Source of the DNA: Fibrobacteria bacterium
GTDB lineage: Bacteria > Fibrobacterota > Fibrobacteria > UBA11236 > JADFYW01
DNA: 64,000 bases
Reading direction: 5' to 3'
NCBI GenBank assembly: GCA_050294405.1
Contig: JBNKOC010000024.1
Coordinates: 108,193-172,192 of the forward strand
Under the pieces are notes generated by a model. It was given only the letters and a program-made list of their open reading frames with translations. It was not told the DNA's origin and did not search any database. Shown in pieces: positions 1 through 9,573 of this stretch; the first letter of the stretch is position 1, and the number at the start of each line of letters is the position of its first letter. A program made the position numbers and the translations under genes.

Positions 1-419
1 ACCAGGGCATCACTACCGCCTTCACCATTTCCAAGACCTTTGGAATACAGTTTGCGAACGCCATAAACTTTTCGAGGTTTTTTTTCCGCGACCTTTTGGG
101 GCTCCTTGGCGGCTTCTTCTAAGGCCGGTTTTTCAATGGGCTTAACAGGTTTAGGTTTTGGTTTTTCTTTTTTTGGTTCTGGCGCTTTAGCTTTTGGCTC
201 TTCTTTTACGAAAAAGCTTACATCCATTTTCTTAAGGAATAAAGCCTGTTCCAATTTCGACGTATCTACCTGGGAAAGAAACAAACCCATTCCGGTAAAA
301 ACTCCCAGAGAGGCCAAGGTCAACACCCGATAAAGACTTCCACCTCTGGAGGTTTTATTTTTCCCAAGGGAGTATTCTTCCAGGTAAAAAGATTTCCTAT
401 CTGTTTTTTCTATTTTCAT
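1..419 (-). CDS. TonB-like energy transducer, N-terminal part (runs off window start)
   Basis: Not in the ORF track. Manual translation from ATG 419 gives MKIEKTDRKS...RVLTLASLGVFTGMGLFL (single TM), then a Pro/Lys/Glu-rich linker EEPKAKAPEPKKEKPKPKPVKP; open to the window edge; directly downstream of exbB-exbD-exbD. Confidence 0.7.
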   Translation of the reverse strand, partial: MKIEKTDRKSFYLEEYSLGKNKTSRGGSLYRVLTLASLGVFTGMGLFLSQVDTSKLEQALFLKKMDVSFFVKEEPKAKAPEPKKEKPKPKPVKPIEKPALEEAAKEPQKVAEKKPRKVYGVRKLYSKGLGNGEGGSDAL

Positions 420-421
420 GG

Positions 422-907
422 TTATGCCCTTTGCACTACTAATAGTGAAAAATCTTTGAGACGGGCCCTTCCCGCCGTATACATCACTTTTTTAAGAATT
501 TTGAAGTCAGTGCTTTTATCACATTGAATCAAAATTTTCCCGCTTCTTTTCATTTCGGGAATTTTTTCCAAACTTTTTTCCAGCTCATTAAATACTGGCA
601 TTAACATCATGGAATCCTGATCTGCCACTTCTGACTTGGACATTATCTGGATACCCCCTACCCTCACACCCTCGGTAGTTATTTCCAGGTTTAAAACCTC
701 TTCGGGAGATTCTTTGCTCATGGATTCAGCGAGGCTCAAATCTTTAGGAACGGATATCAATGCCCCATCAGTGGAAAAGCTTTTTAAAAGGAATACCAAA
801 AGGATAGTCATAACATCAATCAAAGAGGTCAGTTGGGGTTTAATAACAGCCCCATCGTATTTCCGGTTTCCGCCTAAAATGGATTTTTGGCTGTTGATTT
901 TTTTCAT
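422..907 (-). CDS. exbD: ExbD/TolR family biopolymer transport protein
   Basis: TM motif LTSLIDVMTILLVFLLKSF with conserved Asp; C-terminal ILIQCDKSTDFKILKKVM. Confidence 0.9.
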   Translation of the reverse strand: MKKINSQKSILGGNRKYDGAVIKPQLTSLIDVMTILLVFLLKSFSTDGALISVPKDLSLAESMSKESPEEVLNLEITTEGVRVGGIQIMSKSEVADQDSMMLMPVFNELEKSLEKIPEMKRSGKILIQCDKSTDFKILKKVMYTAGRARLKDFSLLVVQRA

Positions 908-1410
908 GAGGACACTCTCCCATTTTCTTTGGTCACTGTTGTTTTGCCGGGGCCTTCTGCAAGGGCCACTTTTTCAAAGCCTGTTTTTTTACAGCTGTCC
1001 ATAACTTCAACAACGGACTCAAATTGAATGCCGTCATTTACCGCAACCACCACTTCATTTTGCTTAGCCAATTGGGGGCGAACTTCGGCCAGCGCTTTTT
1101 CCAAATCCTTTAAATATTTGTCTTCCTGCTCTCGTGAAATAGTGCTCAGCAGAGAATCTCCCAAAGTCAATTCAAATTGTTTTTCCATAAGAACTACTGT
1201 GAGTTTTAAATCCTTCCTGGAGGGGCCCCCTCCATCTACCCCGGCGTTGGGAGGCAGGGAAAATTCCAACACAGAGTAGTGGGTAAATACGGCCATGCTA
1301 ACCAGAAAGGGAATGAGGATTACAAACATGTTCATTACTGGGGTCACATCCAAATCTACAGGTTCCGCATGTTGGCTTGGTTTTTTGGCATTTGCGAATA
1401 GGCTTTTCAT
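904..1410 (-). CDS. exbD: ExbD/TolR family protein (TM Asp replaced by Asn)
   Basis: LDVTPVMNMFVILIPFLVSMAVF; C-terminal VVAVNDGIQFESVVEVMD...GFEKVAL; 4-nt overlaps with both neighbours. Confidence 0.88.
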   Translation of the reverse strand: MKSLFANAKKPSQHAEPVDLDVTPVMNMFVILIPFLVSMAVFTHYSVLEFSLPPNAGVDGGGPSRKDLKLTVVLMEKQFELTLGDSLLSTISREQEDKYLKDLEKALAEVRPQLAKQNEVVVAVNDGIQFESVVEVMDSCKKTGFEKVALAEGPGKTTVTKENGRVSS

Positions 1411-2039
1411 GATCTGCTCTTTTCCATGTAGTTGAGAAGTTTTACAGTCGCTTCATCAGTGTCTTCAGAAAGGCCTGATTGAATGTTATTTAAGCTGGTG
1501 AAAGCTATCATGCAGGGAATGGCGACCAATAGCCCCATTGCTGTGGTATTCATAGCTTGAGCAATACCATTGGCCAAGGCTGTGGCTTTTTCCGCGCCCT
1601 CTGCCAACTGCAGGGATTGGAAAGAAAGTTGCAGTCCGAAAATGGTTCCTAATAATCCTGTTAGTGTGGCGATGTTTGCAAACATGCCCAGGTTACTTAA
1701 ACGTGTTCCGTAGCGGGGAATTTCTTTTATGGCAGCTTCTTCCACACCTTGTTGTATATCTTCGTAAGGAAGTCCTTTTTCGTAACGTTGCAAAGCTACC
1801 TTTAATATGCGATGTAAAGGGGAACGACCCTTGGCTACCGTTTTAATGGCTTCATCTGTTTTTTCCTCGGATAGAGAAGCCACTATTTTCCCAATCAATT
1901 GCCGCGAGTTACCCCGGCATACGGCAAAGTAAAATAGCGCCCGCTCAAGGATAACCGATAGGGCAAGTGCGCCCAAGGCCAGAATGACCCACATAAAGGC
2001 CCCGCCCTCATTAAAAAATTTTGCGGCTGTCTCAATCAT
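1407..2039 (-). CDS. exbB: MotA/TolQ/ExbB proton channel protein
   Basis: GGAFMW, ATLTGLLGTIFGL, GIAQAMNTTAMGLLVAIP motifs. Confidence 0.93.
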   Translation of the reverse strand: MIETAAKFFNEGGAFMWVILALGALALSVILERALFYFAVCRGNSRQLIGKIVASLSEEKTDEAIKTVAKGRSPLHRILKVALQRYEKGLPYEDIQQGVEEAAIKEIPRYGTRLSNLGMFANIATLTGLLGTIFGLQLSFQSLQLAEGAEKATALANGIAQAMNTTAMGLLVAIPCMIAFTSLNNIQSGLSEDTDEATVKLLNYMEKSRS

Positions 2040-2070
2040 TGTTTTTCTCCTGTTTTAAGTGATTTATTGT

Positions 2071-2484
2071 TTAAACACGCCAATGCGCTGAAAGTGTTAC
2101 TTTTTTAATTTCCTTGATTTTTTTGCGAAATTCGTCCTTTGAAAAGGGTTTGGACAGCCAATAAATGCTTTTGCCCTCCCAATTTTTTACCTCATTTCCC
2201 ATTATGGGAAACCCAGCAAGAATCAGCACGGGCAAATGTGGATGCCTTTCCCCCAAAACATTAAGAATCGAAACCCAATCCAAATTGAGCTGCGGTATTC
2301 CCAAAATAAGCAGGTCTAACTGGCTAGTCGCTTTTCCACCCCTTAGCATGGAAACATCTACCCATTGAGGATGGCATCCAAAGCTGCGTAGCAATAGCTC
2401 CAGAGAATGGCCTAGATGGACGTCTTCTTCATAGATGCCCACTATGCTTTTGCAAAAACTTAAGGATGTTATTGATGTGTTCAT
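2071..2484 (-). CDS. Atypical single-domain receiver (pseudo-response regulator)
   Basis: CheY-like pattern VGIYEED...DLLILG...PVLILAG...LSKPF; phosphoacceptor Asp position is Gly; start placed at ATG 2484, downstream of the sigma54-type motif. Confidence 0.6.
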   Translation of the reverse strand: MNTSITSLSFCKSIVGIYEEDVHLGHSLELLLRSFGCHPQWVDVSMLRGGKATSQLDLLILGIPQLNLDWVSILNVLGERHPHLPVLILAGFPIMGNEVKNWEGKSIYWLSKPFSKDEFRKKIKEIKKVTLSAHWRV

Positions 2485-2496
2485 GCCTGCTATTAA

Positions 2497-2512
2497 TGCA
2501 AGGCCAATGCCA
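2497..2512 (-). promoter_or_regulatory. sigma54 (-24/-12) promoter candidate
   Basis: Minus strand reads TGGCAT-TGGCC-TTGCA, matching TGGCAC-N5-TTGCW with correct GG-GC spacing. Confidence 0.7.
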
Positions 2513-2603
2513 GTTTTTAAAAGGACAAATGTCAACCTCGTAACTTATTTATTGACAGTGTTTTACGAGAATGAAGGCGATTTTAGCGACCAATTGATAC
2601 CCC

Positions 2604-2619
2604 TGTGAAAAAATTCACA
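2604..2619. promoter_or_regulatory. TGTGA-N6-TCACA inverted repeat (CRP-type box or activator UAS), copy 1
   Basis: TGTGAAAAAATTCACA, flanked by CC...GG. Confidence 0.6.
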
Positions 2620-2686
2620 GGCTGGGTGGGAACTTAGTGTATGCCCCTGATTTATATGAGCTTAGCAGCTGAGCCAATTTTCCCTG

Positions 2687-2702
2687 TGTGAAAAAATTCA
2701 CA
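2687..2702. promoter_or_regulatory. TGTGA-N6-TCACA inverted repeat, copy 2 (also forms a hairpin just after the ABC operon stop)
   Basis: Identical 16-mer TGTGAAAAAATTCACA 83 bp from copy 1. Confidence 0.6.
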
Positions 2703-2708
2703 GGGACA

Positions 2709-3830
2709 TTATTGTGTTTTTTTATAATTCAACACGGCCCAGCCATTAAAAAACAAAGCAAAGCCCAGCATTACCAAATAGTGGACTTTAATTTGCACAA
2801 AACTGCTGCCTTTTAAAACTACCATTCGCATGACCTCAATAAAGTAAGTCACCGGGTTTAAGTGGGCAATAATTCTCGCCCACTGAGGCATGCTGTCAAT
2901 GGATGTAAAAAGACCGCTCATGAGAATAAAAATCATCATTGCAAAAAAGGCAAGGGACATGGCTTGTTGCTGTGTTTCCGAATAGGTAGATATAAGCAGC
3001 CCAACCCCTAATACGGCCACCAAGTAAATAGCTAAATAACTATATAGAAGAACTAAACTCCCCTGTGGAATAATGCCATATATGACTCGCGCCACCACAA
3101 AAAGCCCAATAGAATAAACAACCATGCCAATAACCCAAAAGGGAATTAATTTGCCTAAAATAAAATGAATTTTTTTTATGGGCGTTACGTTTATTTGTTC
3201 AATGGTGCCCATTTCTTTTTCTTTAACAATGTTAAGGGAACATAAATAAACACCCACCATAGTGACCAGCGTAACTAAAATTCCCGGCACCATAAAAAAC
3301 TGATAATTCAAAAAAGGGTTAAAACGGTTGGTGGAGGTGATTTCCACCTGAGGGATTTGTTTTGAAACTAAGGAGGGCATTAATTCTTCCCTAATTTCGA
3401 CATTAAACCGGGCTAATATATTGTTTAAATACACTCCCCCTAAGTTAGCCTTAACCCCATTTATGGCATTAACAGCGATAAATACTTTTTCCATTTTTTC
3501 TCGGTATAGATTGGCTTCAAAACCCCTGGGAATTTCCAATATCAAGTCCGATTCGTCCCTTTCAATTCCCTCAAAAGCAACATTATAAGATTCTCCGTAA
3601 TCCGATAATCTAAAATATCCAGAGGAGGAAATTTTATTAACCAGCCTCTGGGAATAGGCGGAATGGTCGTGATCCACAATAGCTATATTAATATTTTTCA
3701 CTTCGTAATCCGCGGCCAAGGGCATTATGATTAACTGAACCACAGGCATAACAAATATCATAGGCAACAAGGCCTTGTTCCTGAAAATTTGCCGGAACTC
3801 TTTTTGCAGTAAAAAAATAAGGGTACTCAT
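2709..3830 (-). CDS. ABC-2 type exporter permease (YbhR-like)
   Basis: KEFRQIFR, NIAIVDHD, IVKEKEMGTIEQINVTPI, TSIDSMPQW; multiple TM segments. Confidence 0.92.
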   Translation of the reverse strand: MSTLIFLLQKEFRQIFRNKALLPMIFVMPVVQLIIMPLAADYEVKNINIAIVDHDHSAYSQRLVNKISSSGYFRLSDYGESYNVAFEGIERDESDLILEIPRGFEANLYREKMEKVFIAVNAINGVKANLGGVYLNNILARFNVEIREELMPSLVSKQIPQVEITSTNRFNPFLNYQFFMVPGILVTLVTMVGVYLCSLNIVKEKEMGTIEQINVTPIKKIHFILGKLIPFWVIGMVVYSIGLFVVARVIYGIIPQGSLVLLYSYLAIYLVAVLGVGLLISTYSETQQQAMSLAFFAMMIFILMSGLFTSIDSMPQWARIIAHLNPVTYFIEVMRMVVLKGSSFVQIKVHYLVMLGFALFFNGWAVLNYKKTQ

Positions 3831-4933
3831 GATAACCGTATTTTAAATTTTTTAAAACTCAGAAGTAACAAAAACAAAGTCATCCCCAGCAGAATTAATA
3901 TTTCTTTCCAGATAGCGCTAATTCCCAAACCTTTTATCATTATGGACTTAACAATAATGTAATACCATTTTGAAGGCACAATGTTAGATACAATTTGCAG
4001 AAACTTCGGCATATTTTCCAGTGGAAACATAAAACCAGTTAAGAGCAATGTGGGTATTAACATTCCCATTAAAGAAACCAACATTGCTGTTTGTTGAGAG
4101 CTGGTAATATTTGAAATCAAAAGGCCAAGTGAAAGACAAGTAATTATAAGCAGTCCGCTGGTGCAAAAAAGCAGAAACAAACTCCCGTTAATGGGCATAT
4201 CCAAAAGAGTCACACTTAAAATGAGTATCACGCTTAAATTCAGGATGGACAGAAAAAAATAAGGAACGGCCTTAGCAATAATTACCATAAATGGGTTAAA
4301 GGGCGATACCAGCAACAACTCCATAGTTCCCGTTTCTTTTTCCCGCACAATGGATACGGAAGTCATCAAAACACAAACTAACATCAACACTAGAGCCATA
4401 ACACCCGGAACAAAATTAGGAGCCCCTTTTAACTCGGGGTTATATAACATTCTAATTTCAGGGACAATGCTATAGGGAGGCATTCCATTGGGATTGGCTT
4501 GCATTTGCTGCTGTTGCAATATGTTTCGGACATAATTTACAAGCGTAGTTGCCGTATTGGGATCTGATGCATCGGCAATTAACTGTATTTGGGATCTTTT
4601 TCCGTGTAAATAATTAGTCTCGAAATTTCTTGGGAATACAATTCCCAATTTGGTTTTTCCATTTTTAAGAGCGGTTTCCAATTCACCTTCATTGGCCACA
4701 ATTTTATCCAACTGAAAGGAAGGGCTTGCCTTGATTTTTTCAATTAATATTCTACTGGCTCCATCCATAGCGTAATCTAAAATGACCACTTTAGAATTTT
4801 TAATTTCATTGGTGAGGGCAAAGCCAAATAAAGTAATTTGAGCAATGGGCAATCCAAACAACATCAAAAAAGATTTGGGGTCCCTAAAAACATGATAAAA
4901 TTCTTTGCGGACAAAGGCCATAAATTGCTTCAT
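3827..4933 (-). CDS. ABC-2 type exporter permease (YbhS-like)
   Basis: MKQFMAFVRKEFYHVFRD, YNPEL, SIVREKETGTMELLLVSP; start set at MKQF. Confidence 0.92.
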   Translation of the reverse strand: MKQFMAFVRKEFYHVFRDPKSFLMLFGLPIAQITLFGFALTNEIKNSKVVILDYAMDGASRILIEKIKASPSFQLDKIVANEGELETALKNGKTKLGIVFPRNFETNYLHGKRSQIQLIADASDPNTATTLVNYVRNILQQQQMQANPNGMPPYSIVPEIRMLYNPELKGAPNFVPGVMALVLMLVCVLMTSVSIVREKETGTMELLLVSPFNPFMVIIAKAVPYFFLSILNLSVILILSVTLLDMPINGSLFLLFCTSGLLIITCLSLGLLISNITSSQQTAMLVSLMGMLIPTLLLTGFMFPLENMPKFLQIVSNIVPSKWYYIIVKSIMIKGLGISAIWKEILILLGMTLFLLLLSFKKFKIRLS

Positions 4934-4934
4934 A

Positions 4935-5687
4935 TCAGTCCGCCTTCCGCCTCGCTCTTTGGGCCAATTTAAAGAAAACCTGATCCATCGAGCCAACACC
5001 GTGAGTTTTTTTCAAATTAGCAGGCGTATCCAATGCCACTAAATTGCCATCCACCATCATGGATATTCGATGGCAATACTCGGCCTCATCCATGTAATGG
5101 GTGGTAACAAATACCGTAATTTTCCTGTCTGCAGCTTCGTATATCATATCCCAAAACTGCCTTCGCGTCACAGGGTCTACCCCACCTGTGGGCTCATCCA
5201 AAAATACAATTTTGGGATTGTGCATAATGGCCACAGAAAAAGCCAGTTTCTGTTTCCAGCCTAAAGGCAGTGAGCCTACCAGGCGCCCTGCTTCGGATTG
5301 CAATCCCAAATTTGATAATAGTTCCTGGCTTTTCTTTTTAATTTGGGAAAAGCCCAGGCCATATATACCACCGAAAAAACGGATATTTTCATAAACTGTC
5401 AGGTCTTCGTATAAAGAAAATTTTTGACTCATATATCCGATATGTTTTTTGATTTTTTCTGTTTGTTTATATATGTCGAATCCGGCAATGTTCGCCTCTC
5501 CTGAAGAAGGGGTGGAAAGCCCACATAACATCCTCATAGCTGTGGTTTTTCCAGCTCCATTGGCTCCAAGGAATCCAAAAATTTCTCCGGCTTTTACCTC
5601 AAAGCTAATGGCATTGGCAGCCACAAAATCGCCGAACCTTTTGGTGAGTTTATTTGCTTTAATAACTATGTTATCCATTTGGCTCAT
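4935..5687 (-). CDS. ABC transporter ATP-binding protein
   Basis: Walker A GANGAGKT, LPLGWKQK signature, Walker B FLDEPT, TTHYM. Confidence 0.95.
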   Translation of the reverse strand: MSQMDNIVIKANKLTKRFGDFVAANAISFEVKAGEIFGFLGANGAGKTTAMRMLCGLSTPSSGEANIAGFDIYKQTEKIKKHIGYMSQKFSLYEDLTVYENIRFFGGIYGLGFSQIKKKSQELLSNLGLQSEAGRLVGSLPLGWKQKLAFSVAIMHNPKIVFLDEPTGGVDPVTRRQFWDMIYEAADRKITVFVTTHYMDEAEYCHRISMMVDGNLVALDTPANLKKTHGVGSMDQVFFKLAQRARRKAD

Positions 5688-6597
5688 CCATCAATTGAAT
5701 AAAGCAATCCTCAATACTTGGCTCAATAAGCTTTATTTCCAGGTTTTGGTGTCCCTTGGATGCTAAATATTCAATTGTTTTATTTTCCAGAGTGCTATTA
5801 TCCTCAGCAAATACCAAATGGTGATAATCCCCAAAGGGCTGACAGCTTTTAATAAAATCCAAGGTCCGTAAGTCTTTTAACACGGGGCCCATATTATCAG
5901 CCTTTAAGGCCCATAAGGGACTTGCAAAATTTTCAATGATTCCCGTTGGGCTATCCACCGATAGTATTTTCCCATTTTGGATAAGGGCAATACGTTCACA
6001 CAAGGTGGCCTCGTCCATATATGGGGTCGAAACAAAAATGGTAATTCCCTGTCTCTTTAAATCTCCTAGCATTTTCCAAAATTCTTTACGGGATACTGCA
6101 TCTACTCCTGTGGTGGGTTCGTCCAGGAATAAGACGCTTGGCCGGTGAATAAGGGCGCAACAAAGGGCTAACTTTTGTTTCATACCCCCGGATAATTTTC
6201 CCGCCCTCCGGTTTTTAAAAGGCTCAATTTGAATGTATATATCATTGATTAAGTCCCTATTTTCCGTAATAGTAGTTCCAAAAACAGTGGCAAAAAAATT
6301 TAAGTTTTCCTCTACGGATAAATCGGGATATAAAGAAAATTTTCCGGGCATATAACCCACAGTCTTGCGAATTTTTTTATAGTCCTTGACAATATCATAA
6401 CCTGTGACACTTGCCTTTCCCGAATCCGGCAACAAGAGGGTTGTTAACATTCGAAATAAACTTGTTTTTCCGGCGCCATCAGGTCCAATCAGACCGAATA
6501 ATTCACCTTTTTCCACAAGAAGATTTATCCCATCCACCGCAGGGCTTTCGCTGCCCGGATAGCTTTTTCTAATGTTTTCTATTGCAATATCTGCCAT
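5671..6597 (-). CDS. ABC transporter ATP-binding protein
   Basis: GPDGAGKT, LSGGMKQK, FLDEPT; H-loop reads STPYM. Confidence 0.95.
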   Translation of the reverse strand: MADIAIENIRKSYPGSESPAVDGINLLVEKGELFGLIGPDGAGKTSLFRMLTTLLLPDSGKASVTGYDIVKDYKKIRKTVGYMPGKFSLYPDLSVEENLNFFATVFGTTITENRDLINDIYIQIEPFKNRRAGKLSGGMKQKLALCCALIHRPSVLFLDEPTTGVDAVSRKEFWKMLGDLKRQGITIFVSTPYMDEATLCERIALIQNGKILSVDSPTGIIENFASPLWALKADNMGPVLKDLRTLDFIKSCQPFGDYHHLVFAEDNSTLENKTIEYLASKGHQNLEIKLIEPSIEDCFIQLMDEPNG

Positions 6598-7502
6598 TAG
6601 AATTTCACTTCACCATACATGCCCAGCTTAAACTGCCCCTGGTTTGGAACTTTTATTTTGGTGGCGTAGACCAGATTGGCCCGTTCATTTTTAGTTTGGA
6701 TAGTTTTTGGAGTAAACTCCGCCTGTTCACTTATCCACATAAGTTTCCCCTTGTTTTCTGAAAATCCCCCTGATCCATCATCGGCATATACGTTAACCTC
6801 TTGTCCTAATTTAATTTTAGGCAATTGATCATTGCTAACATAGGCTCTTAGTATCAGCGCCGACACATTGGCAATTTTAAACAATGGCATTCCTGGAGCT
6901 GCCATTTCATGCTGGCGCACAAAGTTGGTTAAAATAGTTCCATCTATGGGTGCTTTAATGATGCTTCGTTCAATTTGATCTTGAATTTGCGCAATTTGAA
7001 ATTCCAATGGGGCCGATTCTTTTTCAATTCCTTCCGAACTGATATCTAAGGAAGATTTCATTGCTGTAATTTGTTTTTGTAAAACAGAAATAGAACTATT
7101 GATATCGTCCAATTGCTTTTGCCCGGCCACTTTAGCTTCAACCAGGTTTTCAATGCGTTTTTTATCTTTTTTTGCTGTGCTCAGTTGTTCCCTAAGGGAA
7201 GCTAATTGCACTTTTTTATCAGGCTTTCGGCTGAGCACGGCCTCAATCTGAGCCTCTAACTGCTTCTTTTTTAAGTGAAGTGGCAGCGTATCAATTATGC
7301 CAATCACATTGCCTTTTTTTACTAATGCTCCTTCTTCTAAATTCCATGTTTTTAGTACCCCAGCTGTTTGGGCCGATATAATAGTTTCCTCAGCTTCAAA
7401 TGCGCCGGAAGCATCAAATTGCAGGCTGGAATCTTCACAAGCAAATAAAAATAAGCCTATTAATGGAATTAGTTTTAAACAATGTTTGGGAAAGTTATTC
7501 AC
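6597..7502 (-). CDS. HlyD-family periplasmic adaptor (lipoprotein)
   Basis: LFAC lipobox, SGAFEAEE, AEFTPKTIQTKNER, LGMYGEVKF; GTG start after AGGAGG. Confidence 0.9.
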   Translation of the reverse strand: MNNFPKHCLKLIPLIGLFLFACEDSSLQFDASGAFEAEETIISAQTAGVLKTWNLEEGALVKKGNVIGIIDTLPLHLKKKQLEAQIEAVLSRKPDKKVQLASLREQLSTAKKDKKRIENLVEAKVAGQKQLDDINSSISVLQKQITAMKSSLDISSEGIEKESAPLEFQIAQIQDQIERSIIKAPIDGTILTNFVRQHEMAAPGMPLFKIANVSALILRAYVSNDQLPKIKLGQEVNVYADDGSGGFSENKGKLMWISEQAEFTPKTIQTKNERANLVYATKIKVPNQGQFKLGMYGEVKF

Positions 7503-8757
7503 TGGCCCCTCCTGTGGTAATCTGATATTGAAATTGAGCTGCAAGCAATTGAATATCGTGTATTATTTTTGCTTGCCTGGCCTTATCTTCATCATTAACA
7601 AAACGGATGTAATCATTGGCCGATAGCACTCCGTTTTTCAGTTGTAATTGAGCTCTGTTTTTAATGGTTTTTCGAAGTTCAATTATTTCCAGGTCTTTAC
7701 TTAGCAGGTTTTGAAATTTTTGAATTTCACTATTTTGTTGCCTGGTCTGAAACTCAATATTGTAATCAAAGATTTGGCGCTGTACTTCTAAAGATTTTTG
7801 GCTTAACTCCAAAAGTCTTTTGTTACTGCCCGAAGTGTAAAATGGCTGCAGATTCCAGCTTAATTTTGCTCCGACCACATAATAAATGTCAAAATCATCA
7901 TTTAACATATTTAGGCCAGGACGCCCATACCCCCCTTGCAAGAAGATTCCGGCTTGCGGAATTAGTTTTGCATTTATAAGGTCTTTCTTGGATTCAATCA
8001 GCTCATGCTTAACGTCAAACATTTGCTGTTCAGGTCTTTGGGCTGTCTTACTTGAATTGGGAGCTTCAGGAGCTTTCAATTCAACCATTGAATCTAAACT
8101 TTTTCCAATAAGTTGGGAAAGCATATCTACATAACCTTCCCTAAGGGTTTTCCACTCAATAATTTTTTGCTCCACATTTAATAATTCAGCCTGAATCATA
8201 TCTAAATCATTTTCAGAAGCCATTCCGTTATTAAGAGATACTTCGATGTTTTGCACACCAACTTTTAAATCTTTGGTGAGGTAATCGCTTTGGGCAATTT
8301 GAGCTGTTATTGTCAGTATCCCAAAGTATATTCCATTCACTCTTTCTTTAAGTTTATAAAACTCTATTTCGGACTCTTTTTTGTTTAGCTCAGCCTCTAG
8401 TCGGGTTTCCTTTTTTGACTTGTTAATGTGATAAAAGTTGGTTAAAGGCTGATACAATTCCCCATAAATTTTGTATTGATCTTTACTTATAGGTTCTACA
8501 GAAAACATAGGGGAAGAAATAGGCAAGGAAGTGACATCTGATAGATAATTCGCCTGTGCATTTAAGTTAATTTGAGGTAAATATCCCTTTGTAGCATTTC
8601 CGAGAGTATAATCCCTCGATTTTTCAATAATGTCCATTTGCTTGATTAGCGGAAAGTTTTCCCGCGCCAGAGCTTGGCATTCACTTAAGCTGATACTCGT
8701 ACTTCCAAAGGAAAGCAATGGGAATAATATCAACAAAGACCAAAAAATATTTGTCAT
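7495..8757 (-). CDS. TolC-family outer membrane efflux protein
   Basis: Signal peptide, SLSECQALARENFP, YLPQINLNAQ, GGYGRPGLNM; operon context. Confidence 0.88.
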   Translation of the reverse strand: MTNIFWSLLILFPLLSFGSTSISLSECQALARENFPLIKQMDIIEKSRDYTLGNATKGYLPQINLNAQANYLSDVTSLPISSPMFSVEPISKDQYKIYGELYQPLTNFYHINKSKKETRLEAELNKKESEIEFYKLKERVNGIYFGILTITAQIAQSDYLTKDLKVGVQNIEVSLNNGMASENDLDMIQAELLNVEQKIIEWKTLREGYVDMLSQLIGKSLDSMVELKAPEAPNSSKTAQRPEQQMFDVKHELIESKKDLINAKLIPQAGIFLQGGYGRPGLNMLNDDFDIYYVVGAKLSWNLQPFYTSGSNKRLLELSQKSLEVQRQIFDYNIEFQTRQQNSEIQKFQNLLSKDLEIIELRKTIKNRAQLQLKNGVLSANDYIRFVNDEDKARQAKIIHDIQLLAAQFQYQITTGGASE

Positions 8758-9425
8758 GATTTCTTCCTTCTTTTGATTTGGGTCGAAGGTTTTAAAGCTG
8801 CAAACATCCACTGAGGTATTATTTTTTTACGCTCTTCCATAAGTTCGGAATAGGCCTTATCAGATAGGTTTCCAATTGCTTGAAACAATGTGGAACCAGC
8901 AAAAGGAAAAATGGTCATTCCGATGAGGTTCATCATCAGTTGAAGCGGATGTATGGAGATTATTTCTCCTTTTTTTACGGACTCTTGAATTTGCTTTAAA
9001 AATAAAGAATTGGTATAAACTTTTTTAAACCCAATATTATTGGCAAAATTTTGTGGATTGCTCCTGAGCTCGGACAAAATAAATAAGGGTATATCACTAT
9101 TTTTTTGCAAAAAATTAATGTAATTCACCACCAGGTTTTCAATTTTTTCAAAAAGCGAAGTTTCTGGCTGATTTAAAACCCCTTCCAGAGTGCCTAACAT
9201 TCCCTTCAAAGATTCCATCATAATTATATCGAACAACTTTTTTTTGCTCCGGAAGTAATAGTTTAAAAGAGCCAAATTAATGCCGGCAGCAGAGGCTATG
9301 TCCCTGGTTCGTGTGGCTGAAAAGCCTTTTTTTTGAAAAACCTCCCTGGCAGCATTGATTATTTGTTGTTCGGTACTAAGGACTTTTGAAGTTTCTGCGC
9401 TATCGCTGGTGCGGGATTTTGCCAT
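8754..9425 (-). CDS. TetR/AcrR transcriptional regulator
   Basis: IINAAREVFQKKGFSATRTRDIASAAGINLALLNYYFRSK. Confidence 0.95.
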   Translation of the reverse strand: MAKSRTSDSAETSKVLSTEQQIINAAREVFQKKGFSATRTRDIASAAGINLALLNYYFRSKKKLFDIIMMESLKGMLGTLEGVLNQPETSLFEKIENLVVNYINFLQKNSDIPLFILSELRSNPQNFANNIGFKKVYTNSLFLKQIQESVKKGEIISIHPLQLMMNLIGMTIFPFAGSTLFQAIGNLSDKAYSELMEERKKIIPQWMFAALKPSTQIKRRKKS

Positions 9426-9462
9426 AATAGAGTTTATTTCCAGGTTTTTGCTATTTTTTTGA

Positions 9463-9521
9463 TTTAATCAATTAATTTAATCATTTGATTAAAATATAAC
9501 ACAAAAAAAAACCATTGTCAA
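9463..9521 (-). promoter_or_regulatory. sigma70 promoter with overlapping palindromic TetR operator
   Basis: Minus strand TTGACA (9521-9516), 17-nt spacer, TG-n-TATATT (9498-9493); palindrome TTTAATCATTTGATTAAA at 9476-9493 with a partial copy at 9463-9480. Confidence 0.7.
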
Positions 9522-9573
9522 ATGGGCTTTTTAATATTCAACTATTTTATTCAAAAGGCAAAAAAAGCGTAAA

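Noticed and set aside
106..333. Plus-strand 75-aa ORF
   Set aside because: Antisense shadow of the TonB-like gene
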